The notes under the pieces are model-generated. The model was given only the letters and a program-made list of their open reading frames with translations. It did not search any database and was not told the origin of the DNA. From a virus (taxonomy: Duplodnaviria; Caudoviricetes): a DNA stretch of 64,000 nt. The stretch is taken from IMG/VR virus record IMGVR_UViG_3300021426_000089, positions 4,126 to 68,125 of that record; one strand, given 5' to 3'. Shown here piece by piece: positions 1 through 7,247 of this stretch; within the stretch, counting starts at the first letter, position 1; every line of letters starts with the position of its first letter. Both the position numbers and the translations under genes were made by a program.

Positions 1-1
1 G

Positions 2-826
2 CAGCCGAAAGCTATTGCAGAGGCTGTATTATACCGCTATGGCTCATATCGGAAGCGGACAGTGATTTGCTGCTCCGTGATGAGTGGATGCCCGGTTGGA
101 TGCACTTTCTGCGGCACAGGAAGTTTCTTTGTCCGCAACCTTTCTGCAGACGAAATTGTTGCGCAGGTAAAAGGGTGTCTTGATACGATTGACTGCAACA
201 CTCTGGATATTGAAAAGTTCCAGATAATGTTTATGTCTATGGGCGAGCCGTTCCTGAACTCCGATGCTTTGTGTCGGGCGATAATCAGGCTGAATGAACT
301 ATATCCAAATGCGCAGCTACTGGTCAGCACGTCGGCTCCAGCCTCAATCTATCGTCATTTCTCCTCATTCGTGGAGTTGAGTCGCAATATCTCGAAGGTT
401 GGCCTCCAGTTCTCCGTCCACGAATCTACGGACGAGAATAGAAGGAAACTAATCCCGACTCGGACCTGCACCCTCCGCCAGATAGCCGTTCTTGGTGAGT
501 TCTGGGCCGCATTCGTAGGACGTAAGCCGTTCTACAACTATTGCGTACACGACAAGAACAATACGCCGGAGGATGCCGAGCGCCTGACAACCTTGTTCCG
601 GCCCGAGGTCTGGGAAACCACTCTCTCCGTTATCTGCGAGAAAGATGAGACCGTCGCCAACTCCATTGATCGCCAACTGGAGATAATCAACGGCTTCGCT
701 TCCGAAATGACGAAAAGAAACGCCAGTCTCCGCATCTTTAATCCTGCGGGTCAGGACGACATCGGCGGTGGTTGCGGCCAGCTCTGGTACTTCCAAGAAT
801 GGTTGAAGGAGAATCAGGGCGAATAG
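2..826 (+). CDS. RlmN/Cfr-family radical SAM methyltransferase-like protein (5' truncated by window edge)
   Basis: Frame open from nt 2 (..EAVLYRYGSYRKRTVICCSVMSGCPVGCTFCGTG); CxxxCxxC cluster motif with an extra Cys 7 residues upstream, MSMGEP, SVH and C-terminal GGCGQL match RlmN/Cfr motifs. Confidence 0.85.
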   Translation, partial: QPKAIAEAVLYRYGSYRKRTVICCSVMSGCPVGCTFCGTGSFFVRNLSADEIVAQVKGCLDTIDCNTLDIEKFQIMFMSMGEPFLNSDALCRAIIRLNELYPNAQLLVSTSAPASIYRHFSSFVELSRNISKVGLQFSVHESTDENRRKLIPTRTCTLRQIAVLGEFWAAFVGRKPFYNYCVHDKNNTPEDAERLTTLFRPEVWETTLSVICEKDETVANSIDRQLEIINGFASEMTKRNASLRIFNPAGQDDIGGGCGQLWYFQEWLKENQGE

Positions 827-832
827 ACGAAT

Positions 833-968
833 TGGGACTTGCCAGAATGGTATTGGAAGCATCCCGTGATGTGAGCCCAGTTTCCTTGCCTCGTGCATAC
901 CAGTCACGGGCCGAAGTTAAGCGCTTGGTAAGGATAAGGGCGTGTGGGTTCGAGTCCCACAGTCCCAA
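833..968 (+). ncRNA. tRNA-like RNA (Thr-GGT-like anticodon loop) with ~60-nt insertion in the anticodon arm
   Basis: Acceptor stem TGGGACT/AGTCCCA, D arm CCAG-AATGGTA-TTGG, T arm GTGGG-TTCGAGT-CCCAC, loop TTGGTAA followed by GGAT that pairs with ATCC at 861-864. Confidence 0.6.
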
Positions 969-1065
969 CTATGGTGGTGTATTCCCCATAAAGTTGGTTT
1001 AGGTTTTAGTAAGGCCACGACTTTCACGTTGATTCAGTGACATTATCGTATATCGTGGCGGGATG

Positions 1066-1100
1066 GGGCTTCGCCGATGATGGTCAAGCCCTTTTTCTTT
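1066..1100 (+). terminator. Probable intrinsic terminator
   Basis: GGGCTT...AAGCCC stem followed by TTTTTCTTT. Confidence 0.5.
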
Positions 1101-1320
1101 GACTATGCAACAAATCCATATAAACAACGATGCCCGGCTGATGGACTATCGTCGGGCTCTGAACCGCCTCGCTGATGAGTTCTTGGCTATTGGCGGAGGT
1201 GACAATCAACTCTTAATTAACGACGTGATATGTGTACTCGCACAGAAAAGACAGCAAAGAGCTGCCGCCTGCAGAAGGCCATCAACACGATTGTCAGTAT
1301 CATCTGCGTCATTGCGTTGA
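1099..1320 (+). CDS. Hypothetical protein
   Basis: ORF in operon orientation; overlaps the next ORF, so boundaries are uncertain. Confidence 0.35.
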   Translation: MTMQQIHINNDARLMDYRRALNRLADEFLAIGGGDNQLLINDVICVLAQKRQQRAAACRRPSTRLSVSSASLR

Positions 1321-1457
1321 TGCTGGTTTGCTCCGAGCCCGCTCCGGGGACGAGTTTCGACTCTTGGTTTGGCTGGGAGTTGGTGTGGCTGGCCGTATTC
1401 GCTGGCTGTGCCGCATATCTCAATAAGCATCTTCCCGACGATGATGAAAGACTTTAA
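1230..1457 (+). CDS. Small two-TM membrane protein
   Basis: Two hydrophobic segments and an acidic C-terminus; start uncertain. Confidence 0.5.
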   Translation: MCTRTEKTAKSCRLQKAINTIVSIICVIALMLVCSEPAPGTSFDSWFGWELVWLAVFAGCAAYLNKHLPDDDERL

Positions 1458-1830
1458 CCTGCTACCAAAAGTCGCACGGGATGGGCGTATCGACGACGAC
1501 AGATATTTCCGCGTCAACTCCTCGTCGATTTGCTTTGCTTACCAGATCAGCGTGTACTTAAATCTATCGGAGGACAAATTCATCACCCTGTACAGGAGTA
1601 AAGATGGTTTTCTTTCCTTCGTAGTAGATACGCAATCATCTGCATCCTCCTATCACGTAAATCGCGTAAATGGAGGCACGAAGCGACCATACCATACCTG
1701 CTTTTGTAAGAACGCGATTCAATCCTACGGCATTGCGATTGGTGGTCGATTCCACATCACAGATGTCCGTTCTCTGGACGGTAAGAAACTGTACATAACA
1801 GATTGCCGGGTCGCAAAATTTCGTGCTTAA
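1441..1830 (+). CDS. Hypothetical protein
   Basis: ATG at 1441 overlapping the upstream stop; 129 aa. Confidence 0.6.
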   Translation: MMKDFNLLPKVARDGRIDDDRYFRVNSSSICFAYQISVYLNLSEDKFITLYRSKDGFLSFVVDTQSSASSYHVNRVNGGTKRPYHTCFCKNAIQSYGIAIGGRFHITDVRSLDGKKLYITDCRVAKFRA

Positions 1831-1844
1831 CTTCTTTATTCGGA

Positions 1845-2907
1845 ATGGAACTGAACACAGTATATCTTGGCGATGCCGTAGAAGTCCTGCGCACCTTTCC
1901 TGATGAGAGCATCGACTGCTGTGTGACAAGTCCACCATATTTCGGTCTGCGAGACTACGGCAGTAGCGGCCAAATCGGACTGGAGCAAACGCCGGAAGCA
2001 TACATCGAAAAACTGGTAGAAGTCTTTGCGGAAGTTCGTCGCTGCCTGAAAAAAGACGGAACGCTTTGGGTGAACATCGGAGATACCTATGCAACGGGAA
2101 CAGCGGCCCGCCGTCAGCAGTCGAAGAATCCCGGAGTTGGAGCCAATAACGAGAAGGCGCAGAACTCCGTGCCGCGTGTTGGAACTCCCGGCGGATGCAA
2201 GACAAAGGACCTGATTGGCATTCCGTGGATGCTGGCATTTGCTCTACGTGCTGATGGCTGGTACTTGCGTCAGGATATTATCTGGGCCAAGCCAAATCCG
2301 ATGCCGGAACCAGTTACGGATCGCTGCGTAAAAAGCCACGAATACATCTTCCTGCTGTCGAAGTCGGAGAGATACTATTTCGACTATGAGGCTATTCAGG
2401 AGGAGGCCGTTACGCAGGTTGATCGCCGTGTCGGTCAGCGCGTAACCTATGACGGGAAGCGAAAAGGTCAGGCCGGAACCGGGAACCGTTCCTTCGTATC
2501 GCTGAAAACAAAACATCGTTTCGGAGGTTCAAAGTATGGCGATAAGATGGATGCTCACTACGCCAGATATTCTGGCCACGCCTATTCTCCACAGTTGGTT
2601 GATGATGTTGTTGTCCGCAACAAACGTGATGTATGGACCATCACAACGAAGTCAAACAAAGAAGCGCACTTCGCTACATTCCCGGAGGACTTGATAACCC
2701 CTTGTATATTAGCGAGTTGTAAACGGGGGGGGGGTAGTACTTGACCCGTTTATTGGTAGTGGTACTACTGGTATAGTCGCTCGTAATCTTGGCTGCTCTT
2801 ATGTAGGAATCGAACTGAATCCAGAGTATCAGGAACTCGCTATGCGACGAATATTCAACAAGGCAGAAAACTTATTTAATCAGCAATGGCAGAACCCAGA
2901 CTTATAG
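1845..2907 (+). pseudogene. Beta-class N4-C/N6-A DNA methyltransferase frameshifted at a G10 tract (phase OFF; G9 gives 353 aa)
   Basis: VTSPPYFGLRDY (motif IV) and DIIWAKPNPMPE in frame to the stop at 2744; SAM-binding VLDPFIGSGTT...GIELNPEY lies in the +1 frame after G10 (2725-2734) and ends at TAG 2907. Confidence 0.9.
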
Positions 2908-3131
2908 GCGAAATCATCGACGAGATTCTGGCCGACCTTCGGGAATTACAACAACGATATGAGGCCGACTGCGGCGATGTAATACTCACCTGTAAAGAAG
3001 CCGCTTCCTATATCGGGAAAACGCCACAGACTATATCCTCCTACATCGCACAGGGGAGGCTGCACAAAGTCAGCAACGGCGTTAAAGTCGGCATATCAAA
3101 AATAGAACTCCAGAAACTTATCAAAGAGTAA
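2886..3131 (+). CDS. Excisionase-like HTH DNA-binding protein
   Basis: LTCKEAASYIGKTPQTISSYIAQGRL Xis/MerR-type HTH pattern. Confidence 0.7.
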   Translation: MAEPRLIGEIIDEILADLRELQQRYEADCGDVILTCKEAASYIGKTPQTISSYIAQGRLHKVSNGVKVGISKIELQKLIKE

Positions 3132-3392
3132 CCCTTTCTTCATAGCAAACAAAGCCCTTCAATGGGGTTGGCAGGTAACATTGCTGGTGTGGGCTCCGCA
3201 TCGGCGAAAAAGGTGTGAATATGACTCGGGCGCAGCCCCGCTACGGAAAACTTGGGTGTTTACCTGTGGCCGGGTCGGATAAAGCGGTCCTGCCGGAAAT
3301 TTTTGACGCAATTCACATCAGGAGCAGGGGCGGGGGCCTACGGTATGTCGTACTAATCCGCCCCTTTTCTTGACATCAAATCATTAACAGAT

Positions 3393-4184
3393 ATGGCTAA
3401 AAAAGAAACGACCGCCGCAGCAGCGGCCCCGGTCTCGGATCCGAGCAATCCGAACCTCAAAATCTTCAACTTTGCCCGGGTCGTCCCCGATGTGGCGAAG
3501 AAAGAAATCAAGGCTGGTAAGCTGAAAGGCTATACCAACATCAATCCGCAGTGGCGACTGGAGAAGCTGACTGAATTGTTCGGCCCCGTCGGTTTTGGCT
3601 GGGTTATCGACAACATTAAGTACTGGACCAGTGAAGGAGTTGGCGAATGCGTGATGTGGTGCAGCCTTGACCTTAAAATCTTCTGGAACGGTGCGTGGTC
3701 GCAGCCCATCAACGGCATCGGCGGCAGCAAGCTCTACGGAAAGGGTCAGGGCGATGGCATCAACGATGAAGCCTGCAAGATGGCCCAGACTGATGCCATC
3801 AGCGTCGCCTGTAAGAACCTCGGATTCGCCAGCGACATCTACTACGGCTTGGACGACACCAAGTATCGCGCAGGACAAGAGGATTTCGGCTGGGGTAAGA
3901 ACTTCCCCACGCCTCCTCCGGGACCGGGCGTTGCACCTGCTCCTGCACCCCAGCAACAGTACGCTGCTCCCGCACCTCAACAGCAGCAGGCCGCTCCAGT
4001 TGCTCCGGCTCCCGCGGCACAGCCGGGACAAATCAATCTGGAGCAGGCAATCCAACTCGCGACAAACGCCCAGTCCTCTGACGAACTGGTCCGCATCTGG
4101 AACGACTTCAAGAAAGTGTATGGCCAGAACACCGAGTTCAAGAAGGCTATCAGTAACAATCCTAACAATCCGTCACGGCGATGA
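3393..4184 (+). CDS. Rad52/Sak-like single-strand annealing protein
   Basis: INPQWRLEKLTELFGPVGFGW and ACKMAQTDAISVACKNLGFASDIY core; P/Q/A-rich linker. Confidence 0.7.
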   Translation: MAKKETTAAAAAPVSDPSNPNLKIFNFARVVPDVAKKEIKAGKLKGYTNINPQWRLEKLTELFGPVGFGWVIDNIKYWTSEGVGECVMWCSLDLKIFWNGAWSQPINGIGGSKLYGKGQGDGINDEACKMAQTDAISVACKNLGFASDIYYGLDDTKYRAGQEDFGWGKNFPTPPPGPGVAPAPAPQQQYAAPAPQQQQAAPVAPAPAAQPGQINLEQAIQLATNAQSSDELVRIWNDFKKVYGQNTEFKKAISNNPNNPSRR

Positions 4185-4381
4185 AAGTCTGGAAAATCTA
4201 CCGCTTCGGCCAGTTAGTGCGCGAGGTTAACGGCGACGAGCGGAAGTTACTGGAATGGATCCAGAGCAATGTTCCAGCCGCCAATAAATCAGGGATTCGT
4301 ACTGGTGATGTCCTATTCAATAAGTACTTGCTTTACGAAGATGCACGTAAGGCAGGCTTCACCATCAATTCGAGAAAATAG
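4181..4381 (+). CDS. Hypothetical protein
   Basis: ATGA-coupled ORF within the operon. Confidence 0.6.
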   Translation: MKVWKIYRFGQLVREVNGDERKLLEWIQSNVPAANKSGIRTGDVLFNKYLLYEDARKAGFTINSRK

Positions 4382-4382
4382 T

Positions 4383-5348
4383 ATGATTAAGTTAAAAGAG
4401 AACAAGAAGGTCCACTTTGACGAGTTGACCCATTCCTACTTCTGTGGCGATGTCGAACTCGTCGGAGTGACCACGCTTATGAAGCATCAGGGATTGAGCC
4501 CTGACTACTCCGGCATCAACGAGCACGTGTTGGCTCACGCCGCTGCCCGCGGCACAGCAGTCCATCAGACGCTGGAGGACTACGACAACGGTGATACCAT
4601 CATCCAGCCTCGTGTCGTTGACGACAACGAGGGCGGAAAGCTGACCATCGACACCAGCAAGGAACTTGCCGCCTATCGCGACCTCGGTTTGAAGGTGGTT
4701 GCCTCCGAATACCTCGTCTCCGACAACAAGGTTGTTGCCTCCTCCATCGACAAGGTGCTGGAGACTGACGAGGAAAACACCGTTGACCTCGGCGATGTCA
4801 AGACGACTTCCACCCTGCACATTGATGCGCTGGAGTGGCAGCTCTCTGTCTATGCCTTCCTCTTTGAACTGCAGAACAAGGGCTTGAAGGTCCGCAACCT
4901 TTACGGCATCCACGTCCGTGACGGAAAGGCCCGCATTCAGCAGGTGCGCCGCATTGATGCAGACATCATCAAAAAACTCATCAAGTGCGAGGCAAAGGGT
5001 GATAAGTTCGAGGCAGAGGGTACGGAGCCGCAGCTGTCTTTGCTCCTGCAGGAGGATGAAATCGCCTCCCTTGTTGCGGATGAGGTCCAGATCGCGCAGT
5101 TCGAGGCCAATGTGAAAGCCATCAAAGAGCGGATTGACGAGCGCCGGGCCCGCATCTACGACTATATGCTCACCAACGGTATCAAGGAAATGAAGTGCGC
5201 CGGAGGCTCCTACAAATTGAAGTCGCCCAGTACACGAACCAATTTCAACAGTTCGATGTTGAAGATAGAGCATCCTGACCTGTTCCAGAAATACTCCTCC
5301 GTGTCCGAGGTAAAGGGCAGTGTCTCCTTCTCTCCAAGCAAAGAATAA
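4383..5348 (+). CDS. PD-(D/E)XK (Cas4/YqaJ-like) recombination exonuclease
   Basis: RGTAVH, SEY...IDKV...GDVKTT...WQLSVY motifs; adjacent to the annealing protein. Confidence 0.75.
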   Translation: MIKLKENKKVHFDELTHSYFCGDVELVGVTTLMKHQGLSPDYSGINEHVLAHAAARGTAVHQTLEDYDNGDTIIQPRVVDDNEGGKLTIDTSKELAAYRDLGLKVVASEYLVSDNKVVASSIDKVLETDEENTVDLGDVKTTSTLHIDALEWQLSVYAFLFELQNKGLKVRNLYGIHVRDGKARIQQVRRIDADIIKKLIKCEAKGDKFEAEGTEPQLSLLLQEDEIASLVADEVQIAQFEANVKAIKERIDERRARIYDYMLTNGIKEMKCAGGSYKLKSPSTRTNFNSSMLKIEHPDLFQKYSSVSEVKGSVSFSPSKE

Positions 5349-5367
5349 CCCATAAAAATATTCGATT

Positions 5368-5859
5368 ATGCCTTATCAGATGAAAGACTTGACTGGCTCG
5401 ATGTTCACGAACCAGTACAAGAACCAGCAGGACCCGAATGACCGCAGTCCGCATTTCAAGGGGCACGTCCTGATCAACGGAGTTGAATGGGCCGTTGCTG
5501 GATGGTGGGCCTATCCCCAGAACGGAGGCCAGCCCTACCTCCAACTCAAATTCGAGGTTCCGCGCCAACCGCAGGGCCAGCAGCCGTATCAGGGCCAACA
5601 GCAAGGCTACCAGCCCCAGCCCGGCTATCAGCCCCAGCCCGGCTATCAGCAGCAACCGCGTCCCCAGTATCAGCAGCAGCCCGCACCGCAGCAAGGTTAT
5701 CAGCCGGGTTATCAACCCCAGCCCCAAGCGCAGCCGCAGTATCAGCAACCTGCTCCGGCTCCTGCACCTCAACCGCAGTATCAGCAGCCCGCCGCTCCCG
5801 GTTATCCGCCGCAGGGTGGCCAGCCTGTTGATGATCTGCCGTTCGCTGGCCAGCAGTAA
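5368..5859 (+). CDS. Single-stranded DNA-binding protein-like (OB-type N-terminus, Q/P/Y-rich linker, DDLPF tail)
   Basis: C-terminal DDLPF SSB-type tail; low-complexity linker with an 18-nt tandem repeat. Confidence 0.65.
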   Translation: MPYQMKDLTGSMFTNQYKNQQDPNDRSPHFKGHVLINGVEWAVAGWWAYPQNGGQPYLQLKFEVPRQPQGQQPYQGQQQGYQPQPGYQPQPGYQQQPRPQYQQQPAPQQGYQPGYQPQPQAQPQYQQPAPAPAPQPQYQQPAAPGYPPQGGQPVDDLPFAGQQ

Positions 5860-5907
5860 TCCGATGGGGTGGCCACAAACCACCCCAGTCTTTTCACACT
5901 ATTCGCA

Positions 5908-6339
5908 ATGAAACTGAATCTCTACAACACACCATCTGGACTAAAGCCCTGCTATGATGCTGACTTTGACGAGAAGAAAAAGTTGAAGGTTGGCGAGTAC
6001 TACACCGCTGAAATCAAGTTGGTGCGTAATCCTCAATTCCATCGTCTTTACTTCGGCCTCATCAATCTGGCGTGGGAATACCTGCCCGAGTCGCAGACCA
6101 AAGGCTTCAAGACGAAGGAGAACTTCCGAAAGTATGTGGAAATCGCTGCTGGTTGCTGTGACGTTATCTACCATCCAAAGTTCAAGGATTGGGTGGAGGT
6201 TCCGAAAAGCATCAGCTTCGAGAAGATGGATGAGGCCGAGTTCCGCGACGTGTATGAGAACGTCAAGACCGTGATTTTCTCCATCATCGGGCGCTTCGTT
6301 TCACAGGAGGAGTTTGAGAAGAATCTGGCCCAGTTCTAA
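5908..6339 (+). CDS. DUF1367-like phage protein
   Basis: RNPQFHRLYF and PKSISFEKMDEAEFRDVY patterns. Confidence 0.55.
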   Translation: MKLNLYNTPSGLKPCYDADFDEKKKLKVGEYYTAEIKLVRNPQFHRLYFGLINLAWEYLPESQTKGFKTKENFRKYVEIAAGCCDVIYHPKFKDWVEVPKSISFEKMDEAEFRDVYENVKTVIFSIIGRFVSQEEFEKNLAQF

Positions 6340-6348
6340 AAATGGATA

Positions 6349-6421
6349 GCCTCGGTAGCTTAATTGGTAGAGCACCAGATTTTTGATCTGGGGGTTCAGG
6401 GTTCGACTCCCTGCCGTGGCA
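6349..6421 (+). tRNA. tRNA-Lys(TTT), no encoded CCA
   Basis: Cloverleaf: GCCTCGG/CCGTGGC acceptor (one T-T mismatch), CCAGA-TTTTTGA-TCTGG anticodon arm, CAGGG-TTCGACT-CCCTG T arm. Confidence 0.8.
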
Positions 6422-6440
6422 CAAATAAAAGTTTTGCCTT

Positions 6441-6764
6441 ATGACAGAAGATATGAAATTGCTGGCCTCCCTCCTGCGGGAGAGGTTTTATACCAAGCCA
6501 GAGCTTCGGGGCCTGTTTCACGTCAGTGACCGCGTAATCCGAAAGATGGTGCAGGAACTGAAAAAGCACTACCCCGTAATCAGTACATCCAACCACGCCG
6601 GGTGGAAAATCGCGACTACTGCCGCCGACATTCCGCTGGTGGAGGACAGCATCCGCAACAATAGGAGCAAGGCTATTTCAATCTTTGAAGGCCAGAAGCA
6701 GTTGCGGTCTTTCCTCGCCCTCCACAACAAGCCCGAATTTGAACAACTAACTCTTGAAATGTGA
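6441..6764 (+). CDS. Winged-HTH protein
   Basis: TKPELRGLFHVSDRVIRKMVQELK HTH-like segment. Confidence 0.6.
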   Translation: MTEDMKLLASLLRERFYTKPELRGLFHVSDRVIRKMVQELKKHYPVISTSNHAGWKIATTAADIPLVEDSIRNNRSKAISIFEGQKQLRSFLALHNKPEFEQLTLEM

Positions 6765-7243
6765 TGGAAAAGAGAATGATTATTTACGTCTTGGCCCGGC
6801 TCGTTGCCGTGCTGGAGAAAGGCAATGTTAATGATGTCCTCGTAGATGCCGAGACCTATGCATCCCAGAGCCACGAAAGCGCCCCCCACACGAGCGACAA
6901 CGCTTCTGATGGATGCGATGATAGGGCGGAGCAGAAAAAGGCCGCAGAAGCCGAATTAGCCGCCACTATCGACCGACTTTACAAGCTGTACCCAACCAAG
7001 ACCCTGCGCGACGGCATCGAGGTCTCCACAGGAAAATGCAGCAAGGATAAAGTCCGGCTCCGCAACCTTCTCAAAAAGAAGTCGGCGGAAGAAATTGAGG
7101 CTGGCATCACCAACTACGTCGCAGAAAAAGGTGGCCGCTATCTCAAAAACTTCGCTACGTTCCTGAACAACTTCCCGGAGCGCGAGGATGTAGAGACGGC
7201 CGTCGTTGACGATATGCCGATGCCTTCGTATCAGGACGCATAG
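6764..7243 (+). CDS. Replication-associated protein (initiator/loader-like C-terminus)
   Basis: LYKLYP...YLKNFATFLNN pattern; immediately upstream of the primase-helicase. Confidence 0.5.
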   Translation: MEKRMIIYVLARLVAVLEKGNVNDVLVDAETYASQSHESAPHTSDNASDGCDDRAEQKKAAEAELAATIDRLYKLYPTKTLRDGIEVSTGKCSKDKVRLRNLLKKKSAEEIEAGITNYVAEKGGRYLKNFATFLNNFPEREDVETAVVDDMPMPSYQDA

Positions 7244-7247
7244 CCGT

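Noticed and set aside
4383-5348. Cas4-like nuclease as a sign of a CRISPR system
   Set aside because: It sits in a Sak/SSB recombination module; no cas1/cas2 or array in the window
5590-5800. Tandem CAG/CCG-rich repeats as a CRISPR-like array
   Set aside because: In-frame Gln/Pro/Tyr/Gly linker of the SSB-like protein; no spacers
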